64,000 nt of DNA from Eledone cirrhosa (Eukaryota): positions 230,330,001 through 230,394,000 of the forward strand of contig OZ024741.1 of the NCBI GenBank assembly GCA_964016885.1. The letters run 5' to 3'. Below, piece after piece: positions 25,658 through 41,309 of this stretch. Position 1 is the stretch's first letter, and each line of letters begins with the position of its first letter. The notes beneath the pieces are model-generated. The model was not told where the DNA came from, made no database searches, and saw nothing but the letters and a program-made list of their open reading frames with translations. A program made the position numbers and the translations under genes.

Positions 25658-28600
25658 TTATCTCCAGCCTGTATAGGCTGGCCACTGGTGTAGGTGGGAG
25701 TTTGTTGCTGCTGCCCTTAGGTTTCCCTCGTGTCTTACTGTGGGCTCATCCGGGATCCTGGATAAGAAGGTGTCGAGATGTTTCTTAAAGACATCCACCT
25801 CCACGTCATGCAAGTCTCGCAGATGCCTCGGCAGCCTGTTGAAGAGTTGAGGGCCCTTGAATCCCAGGCTATTGCAATACCTGCTCCTTATTCTAGATGT
25901 GGAAGACGGGACCTTTGGCACCACACAGTGACGTCCTGTTCGACGGTTGGTCCAGCTCCCAATGCCAAAGTTTGGTGCTAGTCCCTCCAGGATTTTCCAC
26001 ATGTAGATCACTGCGTATCTCTCCCGTCTTCGCTCCAAGGAGTAGAGGTTCAGTTCCTTCAGCCTCTCCCAGTAGCTTGTCTCCCTCATCTTAGCAATCC
26101 TCTTGGTGTAGCTTCGCTGGATTGCCTCAAGCTCTGTGGTTAGTTTGACACTATGGGGTGACCACAGCTGGGAGCAGTAGTCCAGGCGGCTTAGGACAAA
26201 AGTCCTCAACAGTGTCAACATGGTGTCTCGATCTCTTGTAAGGAAAGTCCTCAAGATCCAGCCAGCGAATCGTCTACATGCTGTCGCCACCTTCATGATG
26301 TGTGAAGAAAAAGATGCATCATCGCTCATGTCTATGCCCAGGTCTCGTATCGATTTTGACACGGGGATATCGGTCCCTCCTGGTCCTGTGTAGCTGTGTT
26401 CCGCTATATTTGTGTTTGTGTTTGCAGGTTTGTATTGTAGGGCTTGGAATTTGCCAGCATTAAACTGCATGTTGTTTTCTTCCGCCCATCTGTATATGGC
26501 ATCCAGATCCTGCTGTAAGAGGGCAGCGTCAGCCGGGTTTTTGATTGCCTGTGCTACCTTAGTGTCATCAGCATAGCTAGTGAGGGATGTTGTTGCATGC
26601 ACCACAGAGTGCATGTCCGAGAGAGCCACCAAAAACAGTAGTGGTCCCAGGACTGTCCCCTGAGGCACCCCACTTGTTATCGGTGTTTCCCTCGAGAGGG
26701 CCCCATTTGCTGCGACTGCCTGGCTTCTGTCCCTTAAGAAGCCATGCAGCCACTCACCTACTTTTCCAGTTATGCCGAGTCCGTGTAGTTTGTGACATAT
26801 CATTCCGTGGTCGACCTTGTCAAAGGCCTTCGCAACGTCAAGATATATCACGTCTACATGTGAGCTGTCTAGTAGTTGTCTCAGTACCCAGTCGTAGTGA
26901 TGTAGCAGCTGTGTAAGGCAGCTTCTTCCTGGGCGGAAGCCATGTTGCGTGCTAGTCAGGCGGTCATTTTCTTCGAGGAAAGTGATTTGTTTCTTTCTGA
27001 CGACTCGCTCCATGACCTTACTGATATGCGACGTCAGGGAGACTGGCCTATAGTTCTTGGCCTCCGCTCCACTACCTCCTTTATGGATAGGGCATATTGT
27101 GCCTTCTTTCAGCTCCCTGGGTAGTACACCGCTAGCCAAGGAGCTTCTGAAGAGCATCTTCAGTGGAGTTGCTAAGGCCCGCTTACATATTTTTAGGAGA
27201 ACTGCTGGGAATCCATCAGGTCCAGCAGCCGAGTCTGTTCTAATTTCATCAATGGCGTACACCACATCCTCCTCCGTTATGTCTATGTGGTTGATGGTTG
27301 CCATTTCTTGATGTAGTGTTGTGGCATCAAAGAACTCCTCTGGCTTCGTTATTTGCATGTGCCTCAGTGGACATGTGAAGACACTTTTGTACTGTTCGTT
27401 CAGTATTTCACATATCTCTTGGGGATTTTCGGTTAATGAACCGTCCGTGTGGAAGAGCGGTCCAATCTTGCAGTGTACTGAGGCAGTTTCTTTTGCAAAT
27501 TTAAAGAAGGCCTTAGGGTTTGTTTTAATGTTTTCTATGGCCCTGTTCTCTTTCCTTGCCCTCTCATTCTCATGTGAAAGCTTGAGTGCAATCTCGGTGT
27601 CAAGTAGTGCACGTTTCAAATAGGATTCCTTCTTGTTTTGGTTTTGTTGACTATTCAACTGGTTTGAGAGTTTAGTTCTACGTCTCATAAGGATTTTCCT
27701 ATCTCTGGGAATAAGATTTTTGTGTCTGTTTGTCTCTTTCTCCGGGACACACTTTTTGCATATGGTGTGTATCGTTGTCATGAAGTGTTGAAATTGTGTG
27801 TTAGTGTCTTGTGTGGCGATGTTTGCACTCCATGTTTGCTTCCGGATTTCACTCTTAATCTTCTTCCAGTCAGCCCCGTAGAAGTTAAGGCTGGATAGCG
27901 TCCCGGAGCTTCTTGGTGGTTTTGTCTCTGTTGGTTCTCTTGGACCACATATCATTAGCTCTACCAAGTTATGATCCGAGAGAATTGTTGGTGTCACCTT
28001 TACATTGTGGATGAGCACTTCGTTGTTTGTAAAACAGAGGTCCAGGACATTTTCACCTCTTGTTGGGAGGAGTATTGCTTGCTCCATGAACAGCCTTTGT
28101 GTGAGGGCCAGCAGGGATTCCGTCTGTCTCTGTTTTATTGACGTCATTCCAGGGAGGAGGTGGCCCTCAGGCCATTTGACCTTTGGTAGGTTGAAGTCTC
28201 CCAGCAGTAGGATGTTGAGACCCTGGTCCAGTTTGTCAAGGACCTCTTCTATCCTACTTAGGCTATCCTCAAATTTACCCTCATGACTGGGGGCATCGGG
28301 CGGCCGATATGTGACACATATTACCGTCTGTAGTTGCTTCATATGTATTATCAGTGTGTCACAGACTGAGTTTGAATGTGTCAACAGTACAATTGGTGTG
28401 ACATCTTCACGGATATACAGAGCAACCCCACCATGAGTTCTCTCCTTCCTGTCCGAACGAAATACAGTATATTTCGGTATATGTATTTCTGCATCTGCTA
28501 TACTGCTTGTCAGGTGCGTTTCGGTTAGTGCCATGCATAGTGCTTGATTGCTTATGGCTAAGTCTCCCAGGTAGGAAATTTTACTCATGTTGCTGAGTTT

Positions 28601-28807
28601 CACCAGGCCCCTGACATTCAGCAGCAGCACTGGTGTGACTTTTGGGGTGCCAGTAAGGGCTGTCGGTATGACACCTGGTCTGGTGTCAACGGCGGCCACT
28701 CTGGGTCCCTTAACTGCGGTGGTCTCGAGTGCTGGTGTGGATGACCCTGGCTCTGGAGACGATGCAGCCAGGTCAGCTGTCCCACAATCTTCTCTGCCAT
28801 CACTCAA
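25658..28807 (-). CDS. LINE ORF2: apurinic-like endonuclease plus reverse transcriptase (1049 aa open frame, no AUG before the APE domain)
   Basis: LLNVRGL, LTETHL, YRPP, GDFN, LDL, SDH (APE); [42 protein letters not shown] (RT); SLERRR C-terminus of CR1 type. Confidence 0.92.
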   Translation of the reverse strand: MSDGREDCGTADLAASSPEPGSSTPALETTAVKGPRVAAVDTRPGVIPTALTGTPKVTPVLLLNVRGLVKLSNMSKISYLGDLAISNQALCMALTETHLTSSIADAEIHIPKYTVFRSDRKERTHGGVALYIREDVTPIVLLTHSNSVCDTLIIHMKQLQTVICVTYRPPDAPSHEGKFEDSLSRIEEVLDKLDQGLNILLLGDFNLPKVKWPEGHLLPGMTSIKQRQTESLLALTQRLFMEQAILLPTRGENVLDLCFTNNEVLIHNVKVTPTILSDHNLVELMICGPREPTETKPPRSSGTLSSLNFYGADWKKIKSEIRKQTWSANIATQDTNTQFQHFMTTIHTICKKCVPEKETNRHKNLIPRDRKILMRRRTKLSNQLNSQQNQNKKESYLKRALLDTEIALKLSHENERARKENRAIENIKTNPKAFFKFAKETASVHCKIGPLFHTDGSLTENPQEICEILNEQYKSVFTCPLRHMQITKPEEFFDATTLHQEMATINHIDITEEDVVYAIDEIRTDSAAGPDGFPAVLLKICKRALATPLKMLFRSSLASGVLPRELKEGTICPIHKGGSGAEAKNYRPVSLTSHISKVMERVVRKKQITFLEENDRLTSTQHGFRPGRSCLTQLLHHYDWVLRQLLDSSHVDVIYLDVAKAFDKVDHGMICHKLHGLGITGKVGEWLHGFLRDRSQAVAANGALSRETPITSGVPQGTVLGPLLFLVALSDMHSVVHATTSLTSYADDTKVAQAIKNPADAALLQQDLDAIYRWAEENNMQFNAGKFQALQYKPANTNTNIAEHSYTGPGGTDIPVSKSIRDLGIDMSDDASFSSHIMKVATACRRFAGWILRTFLTRDRDTMLTLLRTFVLSRLDYCSQLWSPHSVKLTTELEAIQRSYTKRIAKMRETSYWERLKELNLYSLERRRERYAVIYMWKILEGLAPNFGIGSWTNRRTGRHCVVPKVPSSTSRIRSRYCNSLGFKGPQLFNRLPRHLRDLHDVEVDVFKKHLDTFLSRIPDEPTVRHEGNLRAAATNSHLHQWPAYTGWR

Positions 28808-28813
28808 AAATTT
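28742..28813 (-). promoter_or_regulatory. Candidate -1 ribosomal frameshift signal (A_AAU_UUU plus possible pseudoknot)
   Basis: Heptamer at 28813-28807 is in ORF1 frame just before UGA; ORF2 is the -1 frame; downstream GAUGGCAG/CUGCAUC and UGACCUGG/CCAGGGUCA pairings. Confidence 0.5.
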
Positions 28814-29571
28814 TTCTGATCTGCTGCTGCCATCTGCATCTCGTCGGCATGTGCGTGCCTTCTCCTTGTTGGTGCAGCACGCGCGACATCAGCATACTTC
28901 TGGAGCGGCTTATTTCGGCTTTGGCTGGGGCATGTTGCGCGAGTATGATGGGCATAGTTCGTTTGAAACCTAGGGTGGGCGAATCTGCATCCCATCCCTG
29001 TCTCTCCATGCCAGCATGTCCCGTTCTTGAAAAACTTGCACATTACTTGGGGTTGTTTGCTCCCAGTGTCTCGGTGCTTTCTGTTCTTTCTTTGAACAGT
29101 TGTCCACTGGTCCCTCTGCGCTTGGTTCTCCTTCGGAAGGTGATTTCGCTTTTCACCTTTGCCCTTAGCTTGTTGGTTGCCCGGCCTGCCCTCCCTGCCT
29201 GTAGCGGAGGGTATATCATTTTCTTTCAGGTCCGTGCTTGTGCTCTCCTCCTTTACTTTTTCTTTTTCTTTTTCCTCTTCCCTTTCCCCCTCCCTCCCCT
29301 CATCCCTCTCTTCGGTTTTCTCCTCCCTGAGGACACGGCTTAGCATCGCCACATGAGGCGCTATGAGGACATACGCCTTCTCAATTTCTTTTCTCTTTCT
29401 CTCTATCTGTACCAGGGTCCTCAGAAACCCATGGCTCTTCAGGTTCTCCGCCATCTTTTTGCTTGGCGGAGACCCATCAGCCATAGTCCACCCCTTGATC
29501 AAAACCGCTAGTTCCATCTTCGACCAGTTTCGTTGACTCCTGATTTCACATTTTTCCTGCATGCAGTCCAT
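28804..29571 (-). CDS. LINE ORF1 (255 aa): Myb/SANT-like N-terminus, charged linker, CCCH zinc finger
   Basis: First AUG after the TA tract at 29571 (MDCMQEK); [33 protein letters not shown]; [22 protein letters not shown]. Confidence 0.75.
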   Translation of the reverse strand: MDCMQEKCEIRSQRNWSKMELAVLIKGWTMADGSPPSKKMAENLKSHGFLRTLVQIERKRKEIEKAYVLIAPHVAMLSRVLREEKTEERDEGREGEREEEKEKEKVKEESTSTDLKENDIPSATGREGRPGNQQAKGKGEKRNHLPKENQAQRDQWTTVQRKNRKHRDTGSKQPQVMCKFFKNGTCWHGETGMGCRFAHPRFQTNYAHHTRATCPSQSRNKPLQKYADVARAAPTRRRHAHADEMQMAAADQKNF

Positions 29572-29643
29572 TTCGCTGTTGAGGGGAGAAAGAGACAGTG
29601 GGAGGTGTAGGGTAGAGGTTAGAGAGGGACAGAGTGAGGGAGG

Positions 29644-32173
<2,530 letters not shown>

Positions 32174-32182
<9 letters not shown>

Positions 32183-33041
32183 TAAAAAAATAATGAATAA
32201 AACAATGAAACAGTTCCTTATATTAAACAAAAAAAGTTCATTATTTAACGATCGTTTCTAGGATATATATGTGTTAGAATTGGCATGCATATTCAACAGA
32301 TCTATGTACAAAATTATACAAAATTATACAAGCTATCAAAATTAAATATACATACCAAACACATATATATGCCGTCTTCAGAAATAATGAAATATATTTA
32401 TTGATAATAACAACAATTCAAAATTTCAGGTCCGTTTGGGAACAGAGTTCAAATTGACCAATGAAAATACAAAAAATTTTATGCAGTTACGTGTGTGTAT
32501 ATACATGTAATTAACTTCGTACACATATTTACATAAAGATATATGTTCACATGCATACGCATGCCAAAAAGATGTTTGTAAATACAAAAATTCAAGGCTA
32601 ATGTCTCTGTAAGTTTATAATCTACAGATAAAATGCGTATAGACACATAAATATGAAATAAATGTATACACACATTCATATACTCACACATATTCGTACA
32701 CTCACACACACACGCGCGTATATGCATAAACATACACATAACTACGAACATACATACACACACACACCACCACACACATATATATGTGCATATAGTATTA
32801 CCATAAGCATATGGACATAAATGCACGCACATAAACACTGCCACACATATTTAGATCAGGATACAGAAATTAGGTGGGAGGGGGGAGAGGTCAGTATTCA
32901 ACGGTTTCGGCAGACTGCCTATATATAAATGTATCTATAAACTTAGAAATAAAAAGAAAAGAAAAAGAAAAAAGAAATATATCAAGAATATATATATATA
33001 TATATATATACATCCACACATACACACACACACACATATAC

Positions 33042-33082
<41 letters not shown>

Positions 33083-33408
33083 TATACACATATATATACA
33101 CATATATACACACACACATACACACACATATATATATATATACACATATACATACACATACATATATATATACAAACAAGTAAAATATAAAATATACATC
33201 GATATACATGCATATAGACATATAAATAAATACACACGCATATACACACATACATATACATACATATACATACACATATATACAAACACATACATACACA
33301 TACATATACATACACATACCATATAAATACACATACACATACACACACGCATACATATAGAGACACATACATATACACATATAAATACATAGACACATAC
33401 ACACATAA

Positions 33409-33459
<51 letters not shown>

Positions 33460-33486
33460 TACACACATATACACATACACGCATAC

Positions 33487-33546
<60 letters not shown>

Positions 33547-33557
33547 TCACAACACAC

Positions 33558-33601
<44 letters not shown>

Positions 33602-33826
33602 TCACATCTACATACATATATATATAAACACACTCATATATATACACACATACACATACATACCCACAAATAAATATATATATATATATATAAATATATA
33701 TACATACACACATACACACATACACATACACATATACATACATACATATTTACACACACACACACCTACACATACATACACATACACATATATAAAGATA
33801 TATATACACAGACACACACACATATA

Positions 33827-33865
<39 letters not shown>

Positions 33866-34162
33866 CATATATATATACATACATATATATACATATATAT
33901 ATACACATACATACATACACACATACACACATACATACATACACACACACATACATACACACACATACATACTCATACATAGACATAGATATATACTCAC
34001 ACACACATGCGCACTTACATATACGCATATATACAAATACATACACATCCATATATGCGTATATACATACAAACACCACTACACGCTCACACAACTCAGA
34101 CATACAAAGAAAAAGGTATATACATACACATATATACACATATAAATAGAGATACATATACA

Positions 34163-34196
<34 letters not shown>

Positions 34197-34271
34197 CACA
34201 CACGTACACACATAAACACACATACAAACACATACATACACACATACATATATATATATACACACACACAA

Positions 34272-34344
<73 letters not shown>

Positions 34345-34496
34345 TATACACATACACATACATATATATACACATGCACACACATACATACATACATACA
34401 CATACACATACATATATATAAAAAAATAAAGAAATAAGTTAAATAAAAAAATAAATAAAATAATACACACAGTCAGACAAATATGCACACACATAC

Positions 34497-34539
<43 letters not shown>

Positions 34540-34628
34540 TATATACACACACACATACATATATATACACATAATACACACACACATATATATACATACA
34601 TATACACACATCAACTACAAATATATAT

Positions 34629-34660
<32 letters not shown>

Positions 34661-34673
34661 TACATATTTTCAC

Positions 34674-34705
<32 letters not shown>

Positions 34706-36199
34706 AATAAATAATATATACATATATATATATATATATAGACATACATATATATACAAACACACTCACATATATATGCGCACATACGTACACATATACA
34801 CATACACACATATACACATAGACATATACATGTGCATACATGTACATACACACATATACCCACATAGATACAAAGATACACATATATATAGAGAGACATA
34901 CATATACACACACATATATACACACACATATATACACACATATATATACATACACATATATATATATATATATATACACACAATCATACACCCTTATTTG
35001 CATGCGCATATATGTATTTTTATACTTACATATAAACACCCAAACATATATACAACCTACATATACATACATACATACACGCTTACAAATACAAATAATA
35101 ATAGTAGGGGGAGGGGGGGGAAGGGGATTATAGTAAAAATAAAATTCAAGAAACATAGAATATTAATCTGCATTTAGATCACAATATGTGTTTACATAGT
35201 TTCAGTATTAGGAAATGCAAGAAAGAAGGCAAAACTATGCATTTCAATATAAGTATACCATTAATTATAGGTTAACTAAACTAAAGATAGTTAATATATT
35301 GATTTCTAAGGTGTAAATTACTTAGGTTTATAATATTTGAAGCAGAATTTTGAAGTTAAATAGTAGTAGAGTATTAATTATAGTATAACTAAATTAAAAT
35401 TATTAACGTTATGGTATCAATATTAGGAAATGAATTTAGTAATAGGGAAAAAACAAATAAAGTATTACATCGGTAGTAGAATATAAATTATAGGTTAACT
35501 AAATTAAAAATTATATATTAATTTCTATAGTATATGTTAATTAGGTATATAATAAATAAAACAGATATTGTATTTTATCAATAGTAGAATATAATTATAG
35601 GTAAACAGAAATTAAAATTAATACATACACATATACATATACATACATATATACATACACATATATATACATACATACACATACATATATATACATACAT
35701 ATACATATTTTTTCAAAAATTGCAAAGAATATATTAACTAGGTATACATCCAAAACCTATCCCATTCTATAATTACATGACACTCTGCAATCCATCTGTA
35801 TTAGGATGCTATTTTTAAGCCAATTAAATTAAATTTTTAGGTTGACCAAATTTAAAACCAAATTATAAATATATTTCTAAAATGTATATTAATTAGGTCT
35901 ATAATACTAAAAATTATTTCTCTGTCATTGAATACACGATATTTTGTTATATTTTATCTGTAAAGGAATTTTAATAAAGGGTTAAATAAAAATTAATCTA
36001 TAAATTAAATTACTAAGTATATATTAGTAATATTTAAAGGTTTTTCACAATTTATGATTACACAATATTTTATATTCTCATCTGTAGTAGAATTTTAATT
36101 AAATTAAATTTATAGGTTAACTAACATTTAAATTAAATTATATATTAATTTCTAAAATAATGTTATTAATTAGGTTTATAATATTTAAATGTTTTTTTT
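32174..36199 (-). repeat. Left arm of the inverted repeat (inverted copy of the PLE ORF end plus 3' UTR)
   Basis: 32174 ataaaatattaaaa pairs with 42194; inner end tttaaatgtttttttt pairs with 38602 aaaaaaaacatttaaa. Confidence 0.93.
32237..32391 (-). ncRNA. Minimal type I hammerhead ribozyme (left arm copy)
   Basis: Reverse complement of 41977-42131. Confidence 0.8.
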
Positions 36200-38635
36200 G
36201 TGAACAATATTTGGGAACCTCTTTAAAGAACATACCAATACCTTCTAAGGATGACTTCTTACTCCTTATGATTCAAAAAACTAACCATTTTATCAGAAGG
36301 GTTAGATGGAGGGCCTACCACTTCGATAAAAAATCTAAATATGCAGATAGGAAATATATGTATGATTTCAATACTTACAAGAATCCACCACACAACTCTT
36401 TACTTGAAGACTTTGAGAAAGACCTTTTTAATTTAATTAAACACCTCAAATTTAAAAAGTATAAATCCGTCTTTCAAAAGGACCTTGATTCTACCCTATT
36501 GGACCTAAAAAAGTCTAAAAAAATCCATGTCCACTCGGACAAAACTGGTAACTTGTATCACATGGATATTGAAGATTATAATGAGTTCATATATAAAGAA
36601 CTCAGGAAAAAATATAAAAAATCTAATAATGCGTCACTCACCAACATCAACAACAAAACACACAACATAGTAAAAAAACTAAACATTGAAGATAGAACTG
36701 AACCTTTGGCATTGAAAAGACCACACTTCAACCTGAAGGATCATAAATCAAACTTTAACTCAAATCCTTCTAAGACTTATATGTCCCTCCAAATCAGATA
36801 TTGGAAAAATTAGCAAAAAAATTTTGGATAGAGTCATCCCACAAATAAGAAAACACGTTATTTTACCACTCTGGGAAAACACTTCCCAGGTAATTAACTG
36901 GTTTAAAAATATTAGATGTAAATCTTCTGCTTCATTTCTACAATTTGATATAGATAATTACTATTCTTCTATATCACCTATACTCCTGAACAAAGCATTG
37001 ATATTTGCTAAAAATAGATCTAACTTAACTTTGGATGACATTAATATTATTACACATGCTAGACTAACACTTATTGAATTTCAGAATGAATACTGGACCA
37101 GAAACACATATAGTAATCTATTTGATATTACTATGGGTTCAAGCGATTCCGCCCAAATTACTGATCTTGTGGGCCTCTTTCTCCTTTTCAACATAAATGC
37201 CTCCTTTCCCCACCTTAAAGGTGGTTTATATCGTGATGACTGTCTTCTTCTTTCCAACAACCTTAGCCTTTCAGAAATAGAAAAAAACAAAAAGCATATT
37301 AGAACTTTCCTTAAAGACTATTATAGTCTTCATATTACTTTTGAAAAAACAAGTAAAGTAGTAAATTTCCTAGATATAACTTTAGACTTAGCTACGGGTA
37401 TCTACCAACCTTACCATAAACCCAACCAAAACTTACATTACATACACTCACAATCTAATCACCCTAAATCTATCCTTAAAAACCTTGCATATAATATATC
37501 ACTTAGAATTTCTAACCTTTCTTCTAACCAAGATGTATTTGATAAAAATGCGACCTTCTATAACGAAGCTCTAGATAGAAGTGGCCACAAAAATAGATTA
37601 GAATATATACCTTCTACTAAAAATACTAAACACATACAACCTAATATTACCAACAAACACCAAATGAAAAGTACACACCTAAATGCCACCCACACTATAC
37701 CCCAAAATACCAAATCTTCTTATATAAAGTATAGTAACTCTCAAAAAACTACTCATCATACAACTCTAATAAATGTTAATAATAAAACTCCTAATAAACA
37801 AGATAAAACACCTAAATCTACAAATATAACTAAAAATGGTTGTGGTGAGATCATTAACATTATTCCTCCTAGTAAACATCACGATACAACCTATAAAAAT
37901 AATAAAAATAATAAACAACATAGAAACCGTAATAGACGGGTTACTTGGTATAATGCTCCATTTAATTTACAAATTAAGGATAATATTGCTAAAAAATTTT
38001 TTTATATCCTAGAGAAAAACCTCCCGCCAAACCACAAATACCATCAAATCTTAAATAGGTCTACAGTTAAATTCTCATACTCAACAACAAATAACATAAA
38101 ACAAAATATAAGTGCCTATAATGCATATAAATGTAAGAAAACCATAAGTATACCACCAATACATCAAACTAACCATAATATCTCCTCAAATACAGAATTA
38201 ACGAAAGGTTGTAACTGTAGAAACAAAGCAAACTGCCCATTAAAAGGAAATTGTCTTGTTAACAACATAGTTTATAAATGTAATGTTAAAACTAAAGATT
38301 CTATTTGCTCATATATAGGAGCTACTTCTAACAATTTTAAGACAAGGTTTAATACCCACAAACATAGTTTTAATAATGCCGCACTGGCTAATACAACATC
38401 TCTAGCAGAAAAAATCAATAGTTATAAAAATAAGAATATAGAATATGATTTGACCTGGAGTGTGCTCAAAAGAGCCACCCCTTATCAAAATAATAGAAAT
38501 GAATGTAGATTATGTTCCCAAGAACTATTTGAAATAATGAAATCTAAGGATATCCTATTAAATAAACGACAGGAATTAATTATATCGTGTAATCATAAAC
38601 TAAAAAAAACATTTAAATATTATAAACCTAATTAA
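36200..38635 (+). pseudogene. PLE polyprotein: reverse transcriptase plus C-terminal GIY-YIG endonuclease, one frameshift near 36771, N-terminus clipped
   Basis: SLKNIPIPS..IRRVRWRAY, DKTGNLY, RLICPSKSDIGKISK across the frameshift, FDIDNYYSSI, MGSSDSAQ, YRDD, FLDI, CNCR..CPL.GNCL, IVY..YIG.T..FKTR..H, CRLC, LNKRQEL..CNH. Confidence 0.88.
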
Positions 38636-39818
38636 TAACATTATTTTAGAAATTAATATATAATTTAATTTAAATGTTAGTTAACCTATAAATTTAATTT
38701 AATTAAAATTCTACTACAGATGAGAATATAAAATATTGTGTAATCATAAATTGTGAAAAACCTTTAAATATTACTAATATATACTTAGTAATTTAATTTA
38801 TAGATTAATTTTTATTTAACCCTTTATTAAAATTCCTTTACAGATAAAATATAACAAAATATCGTGTATTCAATGACAGAGAAATAATTTTTAGTATTAT
38901 AGACCTAATTAATATACATTTTAGAAATATATTTATAATTTGGTTTTAAATTTGGTCAACCTAAAAATTTAATTTAATTGGCTTAAAAATAGCATCCTAA
39001 TACAGATGGATTGCAGAGTGTCATGTAATTATAGAATGGGATAGGTTTTGGATGTATACCTAGTTAATATATTCTTTGCAATTTTTGAAAAAATATGTAT
39101 ATGTATGTATATATATGTATGTGTATGTATGTATATATATGTGTATGTATATATGTATGTATATGTATATGTGTATGTATTAATTTTAATTTCTGTTTAC
39201 CTATAATTATATTCTACTATTGATAAAATACAATATCTGTTTTATTTATTATATACCTAATTAACATATACTATAGAAATTAATATATAATTTTTAATTT
39301 AGTTAACCTATAATTTATATTCTACTACCGATGTAATACTTTATTTGTTTTTTCCCTATTACTAAATTCATTTCCTAATATTGATACCATAACGTTAATA
39401 ATTTTAATTTAGTTATACTATAATTAATACTCTACTACTATTTAACTTCAAAATTCTGCTTCAAATATTATAAACCTAAGTAATTTACACCTTAGAAATC
39501 AATATATTAACTATCTTTAGTTTAGTTAACCTATAATTAATGGTATACTTATATTGAAATGCATAGTTTTGCCTTCTTTCTTGCATTTCCTAATACTGAA
39601 ACTATGTAAACACATATTGTGATCTAAATGCAGATTAATATTCTATGTTTCTTGAAACTTATATTTACTATAATCCCCTTCTCCCCCCCCCCCCTACTAT
39701 TATTATTTGTATTTGTAAGCGTGTATGTATGTATGTATATGTAGGTTGTATATATGTTTGGGTGTTTATATGTAAGTATAAAAATACATATATGCGCATG
39801 CAAATAAGGGTGTATGAT

Positions 39819-39855
<37 letters not shown>

Positions 39856-40101
39856 ATGTATATATATGTGTGTATATATGTGTGTGTATATATGTGTGTG
39901 TATATGTATGTCTCTCTATATATATGTGTATCTTTGTATCTATGTGGGTATATGTGTGTATGTACATGTATGCACATGTATATGTCTATGTGTATATGTG
40001 TGTATGTGTATATGTGTTAGTATGTGCGCATATATATGTGAGTGTGTGTGTATATATATGTATGTCTATATATATATATATATATGTATATATTATTTAT
40101 T

Positions 40102-40138
<37 letters not shown>

Positions 40139-40267
40139 AAAATATGTATATATGCGTGGTATATATATATATATATATTATATATTTGTAGTTGATGTGT
40201 GTATATGTATGTATATATATGTGTGTGTGTATGTATGTGTATATATATGTATATGTGTGTGTATATA

Positions 40268-40312
<45 letters not shown>

Positions 40313-40488
40313 GTATGTGTGTGCATATTTGTCTGACTGTGTGTATTATTTTATTTATTTTTTTATTTATCTTATTTCTTTATTTTTTTATATATATGTA
40401 TGTGTATGTGTATGTATGTATGTATGTATGTATGTATGTATGTGTGTGCATGTGTATATATATGTATGTGTATGTGTATATATATGTG

Positions 40489-40563
<75 letters not shown>

Positions 40564-40638
40564 TTGTGTGTGTGTATATATATATATGTATGTGTGTATG
40601 TATGTGTTTGTATGTGTGTTTATGTGTGTACGTGTGTG

Positions 40639-40672
<34 letters not shown>

Positions 40673-40810
40673 TGTATATGTATCTCTATTTATATGTGTA
40701 TATATGTGTATGTATATACCTTTTTCTTTGTATGTCTGAGTTGTGTATGTGTGTATGTGTATGTGTGTATATATATGAGTGTGTTTATATATATATGTAT
40801 GTAGATGTGA

Positions 40811-40850
<40 letters not shown>

Positions 40851-40861
40851 GTGTGTTGTGA

Positions 40862-40902
<41 letters not shown>

Positions 40903-41278
40903 CGTGTATGTGTATATGTGTGTAAAATATATATATATATATATATATGTGTGTTTATGTGTGTATGTGTCTATGTATTTATATGTGTATATGTATGTGT
41001 CTCTATATGTATGCGTGTGTGTATGTGTATGTGTATTTATATGGTATGTGTATGTATATGTATGTGTATGTATGTGTTTGTATATATGTGTATGTATATG
41101 TATGTATATGTATGTGTGTATATGCGTGTGTATTTATTTATATGTCTATATGCATGTATATCGATGTATATTTTATATTTTACTTGTTTGTATATATATA
41201 TGTATGTGTATGTATATGTGTATATATATATATGTGTGTGTATGTGTGTGTGTATATATGTGTATATATATGTGTATA

Positions 41279-41309
<31 letters not shown>

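Noticed and set aside
36200-38635. Selenocysteine recoding as reported for some Naiad PLEs
   Set aside because: No in-frame UGA in the ORF; the only break is a frameshift near 36771
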